This document shows positions 1 to 9,421 of a stretch of DNA of 64,000 bases, one piece after another. Under the pieces are notes generated by a model. That model did not search any database. It was not told where the DNA came from and saw only the letters and a list, made by a program, of their open reading frames with translations. The stretch is from the NCBI GenBank assembly GCA_041690595.1, contig JAWLHB010000011.1, forward strand, positions 62,001 through 126,000. The letters run 5' to 3'. This DNA is from Lentisphaeria bacterium (GTDB lineage Bacteria > Verrucomicrobiota > Lentisphaeria > JABSQK01 > JAWLHB01). Every line of letters starts with the position of its first letter. Position 1 is the first letter of the stretch. Both the position numbers and the translations under genes were made by a program.

Positions 1-2
1 CG

Positions 3-1172
3 ATGCTCCAAGAGCGGCTGAGCGCGCACGAGATGATCCAGTCGTATGGTCAGGAGAAAGCCGAGTCGACGGCGTTTTCCTCGCAGGCGAAGCAGATCAT
101 GGACGCGGCCGTCAAGGGTTCTGCCTACAGCATCTCGTTCAATCAGCTTTCGGCCTTCATCAACAAGCTTGGAAACACGCTGATCTATGTGGGTGGGTGC
201 TGGTTGTTCATTCGCGGGTCGATGGAGTATGGCGATGTGGTGGCCTTCGGCGCGTATGCGACGCAGTTGCTCGGGCCGGTGGTGCGCTTTTCGGGGGTGG
301 CCAACCAGTTGGTGCAGGCGGGCGTTTCCATCGACCGCGTGGACGAGATTCTGCACCAGAAGGCGGCGATCGCCCACAATCCGGATGGGTTGCCCGTTGC
401 TGCCCTCCAAGGGGATGTGGAGATCCGGGGGCTGCGCTTCCACTATGAGAAGGGCAAAGTAGTGCTGGATGGCGTCGGGCTGAAGGTCCCAGCGGGGACG
501 CATATCGCCATCGCCGGCACGCCTGGTTCTGGCCGCAGTACCCTGGCGATGATGTTGCGCCGCTTCTACGATCCGCGGGAGGGCGAAATCCGCATCGACG
601 ATAAGGACATCCGTGAGTATCGCATTCGCGAGTATCGCCGCGCCTTTGCCATGGTCATGCCGGAGTCCGCCATCTTCGACGGCACCATTCGCAATAACCT
701 CTGCTACGGTAAGCCCGATGCCACGGAGGAGCGCATGCTCGAAGTCTCCCGCGCTGTCGGCTTGCATCGCTTCGTCGAGAGCCTCGCGGACGGCTACGAC
801 TCACGGCTGGGCTCCGGGGGCCTGCAGCTCTCAGGCGGCGACCGGCAGCGTATCGGCATCGCGCGGGCGTTGCTGGCTGACCCGCAAATCCTCATCCTCG
901 ATGACGCCACCGCCACGTTCGATCCCGAGTCGGCGGCGGAGATTCAGAAAGCGATCGAGCAGGCCATGGAGGGCCGTACCTGCCTGACCATTATCCACAG
1001 CCTCCTCCTCGCCAAGGATGCCGAAGGCGTCGCCGTCATGGATGCGGGCAAGGTGGTGGAGCAGGGGGATCACGACGAGCTGCTCAGCTGGAAGGGAAGT
1101 CTGTATCGCAAGCTCTTTGCCAGTCAGTACGGTGATGACCGCCTGCCCCCGGCCAAGCCGAGGAAGCCCTGA
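3..1172 (+). CDS. ABC exporter half-transporter (TMD+NBD), 5' end probably truncated by the window edge
   Basis: C-terminal TM helices, then an NBD: Walker A-like GTPGSGRST, signature LSGGDRQRIGIARA, Walker B-like ILILDDAT. Stop overlaps the next ATG (TGATG). Confidence 0.9.
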   Translation: MLQERLSAHEMIQSYGQEKAESTAFSSQAKQIMDAAVKGSAYSISFNQLSAFINKLGNTLIYVGGCWLFIRGSMEYGDVVAFGAYATQLLGPVVRFSGVANQLVQAGVSIDRVDEILHQKAAIAHNPDGLPVAALQGDVEIRGLRFHYEKGKVVLDGVGLKVPAGTHIAIAGTPGSGRSTLAMMLRRFYDPREGEIRIDDKDIREYRIREYRRAFAMVMPESAIFDGTIRNNLCYGKPDATEERMLEVSRAVGLHRFVESLADGYDSRLGSGGLQLSGGDRQRIGIARALLADPQILILDDATATFDPESAAEIQKAIEQAMEGRTCLTIIHSLLLAKDAEGVAVMDAGKVVEQGDHDELLSWKGSLYRKLFASQYGDDRLPPAKPRKP

Positions 1173-3067
1173 TGCAGATGGTCTGGCGCCTCATCCGAAC
1201 GCAGCTCAAGCCGTATACGCGCCAGCTCATCCTGCGCGTAGTCATTGCGGCGATCATCGCCTCCTCCCCGTATGCCTTCAGCTTTCTGGGCAAGTGGCTG
1301 GTCGACAGCGCGCTGCAGGTCACGGGACCACCCAAGGCCCAGGTGGTGGCCGACACGGCGACTGGTACCCAAGCCGACACCCAAGCCGACTTCGTCACTG
1401 GCGAGGACGGGCAGTCGGCGGACGGGGCTGACCCCGAGGTGCGGCAAGCGGCACCCCTCGGCATTGAATGGAAGGCGCGCACCGCCGAAGAGAAGACGCG
1501 CCTCCTGCTAATCTTCCTGGCGATCAGTCTGGGCATTCACCTCGGCATCACGGCGTTGAGCGGCTGGAGCGAATACCTCAACTCCAAGACCGTGCAGGAA
1601 ATGACCTACGGGCTGCGCAGCTCCGTCAATGAGAAGCTCGCCACCGCCGATCGCAGCATCGTCTCCCGCGAACAGACGGGGCAGCTGATGACCCGCGTCA
1701 TGGACGATGCCGCGGGCATTCCGGGCAACCTGACCAACCTCGTCATCAACATCTGCACCCAGATCATGATGCTCATTCTGGGGCTCATGCTGTTGCTGCG
1801 CCTCGATCCCGCCATGACCTGGGTGGCCGTTCTGGCGCTGCCGTTCTACGCCGTGGCCTGCATCTACTGGTTGCCGCGCCTGCGCACCAACACCAATCGG
1901 ATGCGCGACAGCGGGGCAGCCCTCAATGGCCACCTCATCGAGCGGCTCACCCATGTCGCCACCATCAAGAACTACGCCCAGGAAGAGGCGGAGATCGAAC
2001 GCTTCGGCGTGGTCATCGATGAGCAACTCGACATCACGCGCCGACAGCAGAATCTCAACCTCGGCTTTAATTCGGCCACCGGGCTGATCACCAGCCTGGC
2101 CACGCTGGCGGTGCTGGGACTCGGCTTTCTCAAGATCAAGAGCGGCGACATGCAGCTTGGCGAAGTCCTCGCCTTCTACCAGGTCACCGCGCAGCTCTTT
2201 GTCCCCATCAGTGCGCTGGTGGGGATGACCACCGTCAGCCAGACGCTGCAGATCCTCGGCAGCCGCGTCTTCAGCGTCCTCGACACACCAAATGAACTGG
2301 CAGAGGCAGAGGATGCGGTACGCCTGGGGGACATCAAGGGCGAGGTCGCCTACGAGAAGGTCTCGCTCCAGTACCAGGAAGGTGGCCCGCTGGCCGTAGA
2401 GGAGCTGTCCTGTACCATCCCGGCTGGCAAGACCACCTGCATCGTCGGCCCAACCGGCTGCGGCAAATCATCGATGTTGACGCTGCTCCTGCGCCTCTAC
2501 GATCCCAACTCGGGCCGCATCCTCCTGGATCAGACGGATATCCGCCATGTACAGATGCGCCAACTTCGCCGCTCGATCGGGGTGGTAAGTGCGACCAGCA
2601 CCCAATTCTCGGGCACCTTTGCCGAAAACATCGCCTTTGGCGTGCCCAAGGCCAAGCGCGACCGAATCGTCAGTGCCGCCACGGTGGCGGACCTGCATGA
2701 CTACATCATGTCCCTCCCGAAGAGTTACGAAACCAAGCTGGGCCGAGGTGGCTTGACGCTCGAAGCCGAGGAGCTGGCTAAACTCTCGCTGGCCCGAGCC
2801 ATCGCCACCCATCCCGCGATTCTGGTGATCGACAACACCTTCGCGGCCTTGCCCGAGGCGACCGAGCGGAAGATCCGCGCCAACCTCCGCGCCAACCGCA
2901 CCCACAAGACCATCGTCATCGCCACCTCCCGCCTCTCGATTGCCGAGAATGCCGACCTGATCCTCGTCATGGAGCGCGGCCAGATCGTCCAGCAAGGCAC
3001 CCATAAGCAACTCATGAAGGTCCCCGGCCTCTATCGGCGTATGTATACGCGCCAGATGGGACTCTGA
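1172..3067 (+). CDS. ABC exporter half-transporter (TMD+NBD) with degenerate signature, Walker B and H-switch
   Basis: Six-TM ABC membrane domain, Walker A GPTGCGKSS, signature position LEAEELAKLSLARA, Walker B ILVIDNTF. Confidence 0.9.
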   Translation: MQMVWRLIRTQLKPYTRQLILRVVIAAIIASSPYAFSFLGKWLVDSALQVTGPPKAQVVADTATGTQADTQADFVTGEDGQSADGADPEVRQAAPLGIEWKARTAEEKTRLLLIFLAISLGIHLGITALSGWSEYLNSKTVQEMTYGLRSSVNEKLATADRSIVSREQTGQLMTRVMDDAAGIPGNLTNLVINICTQIMMLILGLMLLLRLDPAMTWVAVLALPFYAVACIYWLPRLRTNTNRMRDSGAALNGHLIERLTHVATIKNYAQEEAEIERFGVVIDEQLDITRRQQNLNLGFNSATGLITSLATLAVLGLGFLKIKSGDMQLGEVLAFYQVTAQLFVPISALVGMTTVSQTLQILGSRVFSVLDTPNELAEAEDAVRLGDIKGEVAYEKVSLQYQEGGPLAVEELSCTIPAGKTTCIVGPTGCGKSSMLTLLLRLYDPNSGRILLDQTDIRHVQMRQLRRSIGVVSATSTQFSGTFAENIAFGVPKAKRDRIVSAATVADLHDYIMSLPKSYETKLGRGGLTLEAEELAKLSLARAIATHPAILVIDNTFAALPEATERKIRANLRANRTHKTIVIATSRLSIAENADLILVMERGQIVQQGTHKQLMKVPGLYRRMYTRQMGL

Positions 3068-3212
3068 GTGTATCCGATGAACTCGACCGGCGACGTCTTA
3101 GGTAGGTGCGGACGGCCATCTCACGACCCTTCCAGTTATAGATACATTTGACTATTACGGGGCTTACGGCATAGTTCTACTAGTTGATTTCACCCCACAC
3201 GAGCGGTTATCC

Positions 3213-5261
3213 ATGCCTGTCCATGAGGAAGATGCCAGCCAGCCGTGGCTGGTGGATCTGAACCCGGAGCAACTTGCGGCCGTCACCTTTGGCGATGGGC
3301 CATTGCTGGTAGTTGCCGGGGCCGGCAGCGGCAAGACGCGCACGCTGGCGCATCGGGTTGCCTCACTGCTGGCGCGCGGGGTGCCGCCGAATCGCATTCT
3401 GCTGCTGACCTTTACCCGCCGAGCCTCGCAGGAGATGATTCGGAGGGCGGGCCAGATCGCGGCGACGGCTTCGGAGCTTTCGCGTGTCTGGGGCGGGACT
3501 TTCCATGCGATCGCCCACCGGCTGCTGCGCATGTACGCTGAATCGGCGGGACTCAGCCCGGACTTTACGGTCATGGATCAGGGCGATGCCCAGGACGTGA
3601 TGAACCTCTGTCGTCATCAACTGGGCTATGACGATCCAAAGAAGATGGGTGAGCGCTTCCCCCGTAAGTCCACCTGCCTGGCGATCTACTCCCGCTGCAT
3701 GGCGGGCGCCGAGGATCTCGACGTCGTGCTCGAGCGCCACTTTCCCTGGTGCGAGAACTGGCAGGAGGAGCTGCATGCGCTCTTTCGTGCCTATACCCAG
3801 CGAAAGCAGGAACAGATGGTGCTGGACTATGACGATCTGCTCATCTACCTGGAACAGCTGCTCGACGACGACGACATGGCGCGCGAGATCGGCGGCATGT
3901 TCGATCACGTGCTGGTGGATGAGTATCAGGATACCAACCCGGTGCAGGCGCGCATCCTCCTGGGACTGCGTCGCTTCCATCCTAACATCATGGTCGTTGG
4001 TGACGATGCACAAAGCATCTACGGCTTTCGTGCGGCCACCGTCCGCAACATCCTCGACTTCTCTCAGCATTTTCCCGGCGCCACGATCATCAAGCTGGAG
4101 CAGAATTACCGGTCGGTGCCGGAGATCCTGAAGACCACCAATCAGGTGATCAGTCTCGCCACTGAGCGGTATGCGAAGGAGCTGTGGACGGCGCGTGAAA
4201 AAGGCGAACGCCCCAAGCTGGTGATGTGCCGTGACGAAGCAGAGCAGGATATTTTTGTGGCGGAGACGGTGCTCAAGCATCGCGAAGAGGGGATTCCGCT
4301 GCGCAAGCAGGCCGTCCTTTTTCGTGCCTCGCACCATGCCGATACTCTCGAAGTGGAGTTGGGGCGCAGAAACATCCCCTACCGCAAGTACGGGGGGCTG
4401 CGATTTGTCGAATCGGCCCACGTCAAGGATCTGGTCTGTTTTCTTCGGATCCTGGAGAATCCGCGGGACGAGGTGGCCTGGATGCGGCTCCTGCTGCTGC
4501 TGCCGGGCGTTGGCCCCAAGACCGCCGAGCGAGCTTGGACGGAGATTGCGAACCAGGCTTTTCGTCCGGAAGCGTTGAAGGGTTTCGAGGCGCCCCCTTC
4601 CGCGGCGCCGGGCATCGCCAGCCTGGCGGCGCTACTGCACGACCTGACCTACGGTGGCATCCAGGATCCCGCCGGTCAGGTGCGTCAGATCCGCACCTTC
4701 TATGATCCCCTGCTTACCAAGCTTCATGACGACGCGGCCATTCGCCGGCATGATCTGGAGCACCTCGAGCAGATCGCCTCGACCTGCAACACCCGCCAGG
4801 AATTCCTCTCGGATCTGGTGCTCGATCCGCCCACCTCGACCGCCGATCTTGCCGGCCCGCCATCGCTCGATGAGGACTGGCTGGTGCTTTCCACTATTCA
4901 CTCCGCCAAAGGGGGCGAATGGGACGCCGTGACCGTCATCCATGCGAGCGACGGCTTCCTTCCATCGGACATGGCGCTGCGCTCACCCGAGGAGGCGGAG
5001 GAAGAGCTGCGCCTCACCTACGTGGCGCTCACCCGCGCCCGCGACTTCCTTTACGTAACCTGGCCCAAACGCTACTATCACCAGAAGGGCCGCTTCACCG
5101 ATCGTCACACCAATGTGCAGCTCTGTCGTTTCCTCGAGCCGAAAGCTATCAAGTCGACCTTCGACAAGGTTATCCCCGGCTCGCGCCGCGAGAGCGATCA
5201 GAGGGTGACGCACCAACCGCGACGCGACATTGCCGCCAAGCTGCGCGCCCGCTGGGAGTGA
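3213..5261 (+). CDS. UvrD/Rep-family (SF1A) ATP-dependent DNA helicase
   Basis: LNPEQ, AGAGSGKT, LTFTRRA, VDEYQDTN, VGDDAQSIYGFR, LEQNYRS, STIHSAKGGEW, YVALTRAR motifs. Confidence 0.95.
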   Translation: MPVHEEDASQPWLVDLNPEQLAAVTFGDGPLLVVAGAGSGKTRTLAHRVASLLARGVPPNRILLLTFTRRASQEMIRRAGQIAATASELSRVWGGTFHAIAHRLLRMYAESAGLSPDFTVMDQGDAQDVMNLCRHQLGYDDPKKMGERFPRKSTCLAIYSRCMAGAEDLDVVLERHFPWCENWQEELHALFRAYTQRKQEQMVLDYDDLLIYLEQLLDDDDMAREIGGMFDHVLVDEYQDTNPVQARILLGLRRFHPNIMVVGDDAQSIYGFRAATVRNILDFSQHFPGATIIKLEQNYRSVPEILKTTNQVISLATERYAKELWTAREKGERPKLVMCRDEAEQDIFVAETVLKHREEGIPLRKQAVLFRASHHADTLEVELGRRNIPYRKYGGLRFVESAHVKDLVCFLRILENPRDEVAWMRLLLLLPGVGPKTAERAWTEIANQAFRPEALKGFEAPPSAAPGIASLAALLHDLTYGGIQDPAGQVRQIRTFYDPLLTKLHDDAAIRRHDLEHLEQIASTCNTRQEFLSDLVLDPPTSTADLAGPPSLDEDWLVLSTIHSAKGGEWDAVTVIHASDGFLPSDMALRSPEEAEEELRLTYVALTRARDFLYVTWPKRYYHQKGRFTDRHTNVQLCRFLEPKAIKSTFDKVIPGSRRESDQRVTHQPRRDIAAKLRARWE

Positions 5262-5262
5262 C

Positions 5263-6069
5263 ATGCGCATTCACGACATTATCGACCGACCGCCCAACAT
5301 CGTCCTCTTCGCCTGGGAGGGAATGGGAGACTGCTTTGGCATCCATGGCCGCCGGGACGTTCATGCCCCTTACAGCGACATGCTCGGCTATCAGGGCATG
5401 GTCTTTGACGCGGTAACGCCGACACCCCTTCTGCGGCAGGCGCTCCCGCCCCTGCCCGACCTGCTCGGCAGGGCACACTATCACCGGGTGGCAATCGGCA
5501 TGCCGATTGGTCATCTGGCCCAATACGATGAGCATCATGCCACCGATGCCGGGAATGTGGAGGAGATGTATGTAGCCGCTGAACAGGCGTTGGTTGCCCG
5601 CGCCAGCCATGCCGAGCACCCCTTCCTGCTCACCTTCTGCCTCGACCCGGGCACGCTCACTCGCGCGGCACTGGCGGAGCTATCAGCGGATAACGAACTC
5701 GCCGCCGCCCTGACGTTGCCGGAGGGGCTTGACGATACTCCGGAAAACCGCCATCTGCTGGCTGCCTGGTACGGTCAGATCCATCGGGCCGACTACTACA
5801 TCGGGCGTCTTATGGACGAGGTGGATGATCGGGGGCTGGATGAAGATACGATGGTTATCGTTGCCGGCGACGGGCAGCCGCCATTTGTGTTTCCTGGACC
5901 GCCTCGCGGCACGCTCATTCTGCGCTGGTCTTCGATTCTGCCTGGGGGCTGGAGGGGCGAGAGCCCGGTCAGCTTCGTCGACTTGCTTCCCACGATTGCG
6001 GAGTTGGCCGGCGTCGAGGGGCTTGATCTTCCCGGCACGTCATTACTGCCCCTGCTCGAAGGATCCTGA
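5263..6069 (+). CDS. Sulfatase/alkaline-phosphatase-superfamily-like protein lacking the CxPxR motif
   Basis: ATG at 5263, one base after the helicase stop. N-terminal RPPNIVLF, then YGQIHRADYYIGRLMDEVDDRGLDEDTMVIVAGDG and VSFVDLLPTIAELAG...GTSLLPLL, typical of the sulfatase fold. Confidence 0.7.
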   Translation: MRIHDIIDRPPNIVLFAWEGMGDCFGIHGRRDVHAPYSDMLGYQGMVFDAVTPTPLLRQALPPLPDLLGRAHYHRVAIGMPIGHLAQYDEHHATDAGNVEEMYVAAEQALVARASHAEHPFLLTFCLDPGTLTRAALAELSADNELAAALTLPEGLDDTPENRHLLAAWYGQIHRADYYIGRLMDEVDDRGLDEDTMVIVAGDGQPPFVFPGPPRGTLILRWSSILPGGWRGESPVSFVDLLPTIAELAGVEGLDLPGTSLLPLLEGS

Positions 6070-6107
6070 TGGCCATGGCGTCATGATGGGAAAAGCCGCG
6101 GCTGCGG

Positions 6108-6136
6108 TTGCGTGGGGCTTGTCACTCGTTTATAGT
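6108..6136 (+). promoter_or_regulatory. Candidate sigma70 promoter for the cimA leader
   Basis: TTGCGT (6108-6113), 17-nt spacer, TATAGT (6131-6136). Confidence 0.5.
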
Positions 6137-6185
6137 ACGGGCTGTTTCCCTTTTCAGAAAACGCAGTCAGCCCCAGGAGAGCGTC

Positions 6186-6251
6186 ATGACGTCTGAGCAA
6201 AATCCATCGCATCACAGGATGTCCTGGTTTCGCTCTGGCGTGGTTATTTGA
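6186..6251 (+). CDS. Candidate 21-aa leader peptide MTSEQNPSHHRMSWFRSGVVI upstream of cimA
   Basis: AGGAGA RBS 5 nt before ATG 6186; ends GTG GTT ATT TGA (Val-Val-Ile-stop). Too short for the supplied ORF track. Confidence 0.35.
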   Translation: MTSEQNPSHHRMSWFRSGVVI

Positions 6252-6316
6252 GCGCCACTATCCATGACTATCTTGTACCCAACGCTCAAACTCTCCACGA
6301 TACAGGCGACAGATCC

Positions 6317-7918
6317 ATGCAGAAAGAACACGTAAGAATCTATGATACCACGTTGCGCGACGGCACTCAGGCCGAAGGCATCTCCTTCTCCAAGCTCGAC
6401 AAGCTCCGTCTGACGCAGAGTCTGGACGCCCTCGGCGTCGATTACATCGAGGGCGGCTGGCCGGGATCCAATCCCAAGGATATGGCCTACTTTGAAGAAG
6501 CTCGCAATCTCAAGCTGAAGCACGCCAGAATCGCTGCCTTCGGCAGCACGCGTCGGGCCGGCAACCGCGTGGAAGATGACGATAATGTCCAGAAGCTGCT
6601 TGCCGCCGAGACACCGGTGGTGACCATCTTTGGCAAGACCTGGCTGCTCCATGTGACCGAGGTGCTGCGCATCACGCCCGACGAAAATCTTCTGCTGATC
6701 GGCGACACGTGTCGGTACCTGGCCGACCACCAACGCGAAGTCATCTACGACGCGGAGCATTTCTTCGATGGCTACAAACAGGATGCCAGGTATGCGCTTG
6801 CGACCCTGAGCGAAGCGGCGCGCAACGGCGCCACGGCAGTCGTGCTGTGCGATACCAATGGTGGCACACTCCCTATGGAGGTGCAGCGGATCGCCCGCCA
6901 CGTGCGTTCCGTGCTGCCGGCCCATGTCGAGTTGGGGATTCATACGCATAACGACGGCGGCTGTGCGGTAGCCAATTCGCTGATTGCGGTGGAAGAAGGG
7001 GCACGTCACGTTCAGGGCACCATGAATGGCATCGGTGAGCGTTGTGGCAATGTCGATCTTTGTTCCGTCATCCCCGCGCTCGAACTGAAGATGGGCTATC
7101 AGGCGTTGCCTGACAACCAGTTGGCGCACCTGTGCGAGATCAGCGCCATGGTCTACGATCTGGCCAACATGCGGCCGGACAACAAGCTGCCGTACGTCGG
7201 CAAGAGCGCCTTTGCCCACAAGGGCGGCATCCATGTGAATGCCGTTCAGAAGATTGCGGCCAGCTACGAACATGTCACGCCTGAGTTGGTGGGCAACAAG
7301 CAGCGCATTCTGCTCAGCGATCTCTCCGGCGGCAGCAATGTCCTGATGAAGGCCGCTGAACACGATATCGAGCTGGACAAGAACGGTCCGGAAGTCCGCA
7401 AGATCCTGGCCGAATTGAAGCGACTCGAGAGCGAAGGATACGAGTTTGAAGCTGCCAATGCTTCCTTCAAGCTGCTGATGGACAAGATGCTGGATCAGCA
7501 TCAGCCTTTCTTCAACCTGGAAGGCTTCCGCGTCATCATCGAAAAACGCGGCCACGACGAACCCTGTTTGACCGAAGCGACCGTCAAGGTCTCCACGCCC
7601 GACGGGCGGACGGAGCTGACCGTGGCCGAGGGGGACGGCCCCGTCCATGCACTGGATAGCGCCCTGCGCAAGGCTTTGACGGCCATTCATCCGCAGATAG
7701 CCGATGTTAGGTTGCGCGACTACAAGGTCCGGATTATCGACGGGGAGCGTGGTACCGCTGCCAAGACGCGCGTTTTGATCGAATCGACCGACGGCACCCG
7801 TTTCTGGGGCACCGTCGGCGTCAGCGAGAACATTATCGAGGCTTCCTGGCAGGCTCTGGTCGATTCCGTCGAGTACGTCCTCTACCACGCGAGAGAGGAA
7901 GAATTGTCGAGCGTCTGA
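6317..7918 (+). CDS. cimA: Citramalate synthase (DRE-TIM, LeuA-like)
   Basis: YDTTLRDGTQAEG, IEGGWPGSNPKD, FGKTWLLHV, DAEHFFDGY, HTHNDGG, AHKGGIH, GDGPVHALD, WGTVGVSENIIEASW: the CimA subfamily pattern. Confidence 0.92.
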   Translation: MQKEHVRIYDTTLRDGTQAEGISFSKLDKLRLTQSLDALGVDYIEGGWPGSNPKDMAYFEEARNLKLKHARIAAFGSTRRAGNRVEDDDNVQKLLAAETPVVTIFGKTWLLHVTEVLRITPDENLLLIGDTCRYLADHQREVIYDAEHFFDGYKQDARYALATLSEAARNGATAVVLCDTNGGTLPMEVQRIARHVRSVLPAHVELGIHTHNDGGCAVANSLIAVEEGARHVQGTMNGIGERCGNVDLCSVIPALELKMGYQALPDNQLAHLCEISAMVYDLANMRPDNKLPYVGKSAFAHKGGIHVNAVQKIAASYEHVTPELVGNKQRILLSDLSGGSNVLMKAAEHDIELDKNGPEVRKILAELKRLESEGYEFEAANASFKLLMDKMLDQHQPFFNLEGFRVIIEKRGHDEPCLTEATVKVSTPDGRTELTVAEGDGPVHALDSALRKALTAIHPQIADVRLRDYKVRIIDGERGTAAKTRVLIESTDGTRFWGTVGVSENIIEASWQALVDSVEYVLYHAREEELSSV

Positions 7919-7988
7919 TCCGACTTCCCGAGTCGGTTGGATGGCGGCGGTCGTTGGTACCAAGCCGATGACCGTCGCCGTCGGGTCC

Positions 7989-9257
7989 TCAGAAGAAGTA
8001 CCATTCGCCGGCGGCGAAGGCGGCGAGGCAGATCGTCATGACGATCAGGCTGAGGAGGGCGCCCGCGAGCAGCACAGCGTTTGCCAGTTTGCCGCCGGCG
8101 CGGCGGCGCAGCCAATGCCAGCCGTCGTACAACATCAGGTAGACCGGCAGGGCGAGCAGGGCGAAGCGGTGCGTACTGATGAGGTAATCGGAGCCCGTAT
8201 TGGTCATGTAGATGACCAGGGCATAGCCCAGAAAGCCAAAGGAAAAGACCCACTGGCGGTAGTGGCGTATCGCGGTGTAAGCGCAGGCGGCGCACATGAG
8301 CAGCAATGAGAGGTAGTTGATCGTGCGGATGTCCAGAAGCACAAAGGCGTCGCGCTGAAAGAGCCCAGGCAGGTAGCGGAAGAAGGGCTGCAGGGTGAGC
8401 AGGGAGACGATGCTGACGGGCTTGTGGAAGTTCCCCCACGAGGAAGACTGGATGGTTGGCAACAGCTTGAAGGGATTGCCCCAGTTGATCCAGAGGTAGA
8501 GCATATAGAGCATGAACCCGCTGCAGGTCAGCACCGCACAGCAAAGCAGGAAGAGTGCACGGCGTCCATTGGGTGCGCTTCCCTGCCGGGGACGCCAGGC
8601 GAGCCAGGCGAGCCAGAGGTAATGCAGGGCAAAGAGACCGCAGATGGCCACCACCGGAACCCGCGCCGCACTGAGTGCACCCGCCGCCAGCGCCTGGGCG
8701 AGATAGCGCTGGCGTTGCAACAGATGGAAGCTCAGCCCGATGAAGAAGAGCGTTACGCTTTCAGAGTACCACGCATGCAGCGCGAAAGCGCCGGGCGCCA
8801 GCAGCAGTCCCGCCACGGTGAACCAAGCCGCGCCTTCTCCGAAATACCGTCGCATGACCGTGTGGCAGAGCCAGATCCCACCCGCAAGTGCCAGGCCGTT
8901 GATCGCGAAACCGGCGGCCACGGGGCCGACACCTGGCAGCATCGCCACCAGACGAACCAGCAGCGGATAGAGCGGAAAGAAGACGATGTTGGGCGTCGAA
9001 TACGCGTCGCCTTGGTAGGCGTAGCCGTCCTGAGCGATAGACAGATAAGCGGAGGCATCGAATCGGAAAAGCCCCATCCACAGCGGATAGCTGTCGTCAT
9101 AGCCGCCCCCTCTCCACGCAGAAAGAACAATGACTGCCGCGACCAGGCGGGCAAAGAGCATGGCGGCGAGAATGGCAGCCGCCATCACACAGGCGTCGCG
9201 CCGACGGTTGGTATCGGGAGGAGCATGGGGCACTGGGGTGGTGGTCGGTGGCGGCAT
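7989..9257 (-). CDS. Multi-pass GT-C glycosyltransferase (PIG-V/mannosyltransferase-like)
   Basis: RFDASAYLSIAQDGY...FFPLYPLL, YSESVTL and about 10 hydrophobic segments. Start codon uncertain. Confidence 0.75.
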   Translation of the reverse strand: MPPPTTTPVPHAPPDTNRRRDACVMAAAILAAMLFARLVAAVIVLSAWRGGGYDDSYPLWMGLFRFDASAYLSIAQDGYAYQGDAYSTPNIVFFPLYPLLVRLVAMLPGVGPVAAGFAINGLALAGGIWLCHTVMRRYFGEGAAWFTVAGLLLAPGAFALHAWYSESVTLFFIGLSFHLLQRQRYLAQALAAGALSAARVPVVAICGLFALHYLWLAWLAWRPRQGSAPNGRRALFLLCCAVLTCSGFMLYMLYLWINWGNPFKLLPTIQSSSWGNFHKPVSIVSLLTLQPFFRYLPGLFQRDAFVLLDIRTINYLSLLLMCAACAYTAIRHYRQWVFSFGFLGYALVIYMTNTGSDYLISTHRFALLALPVYLMLYDGWHWLRRRAGGKLANAVLLAGALLSLIVMTICLAAFAAGEWYFF

Positions 9258-9421
9258 GGAGAAGGATAGCCGAGGGGCGCCCAAAGTCAACCATAGCCGC
9301 GGCACAGGCTCAATACGTCCTTCGGGAGCATGGCTGGGGCTTGATCTTATTTGGCAATGCAACTACCTTGATTACGTGGCAAACAGCGAGATGAATCAGT
9401 AACGGCACGGAAGGTGTGATC

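Noticed and set aside
1367..1390. 12-bp tandem duplication (ACCCAAGCCGAC x2)
   Set aside because: In-frame TQAD-TQAD within a low-complexity loop of the ABC protein; only two copies, so not a CRISPR or contingency locus.
6212..7963. 583-aa minus-strand ORF
   Set aside because: Antisense shadow of cimA; no motifs. Such shadows are expected with GC-rich codon usage.
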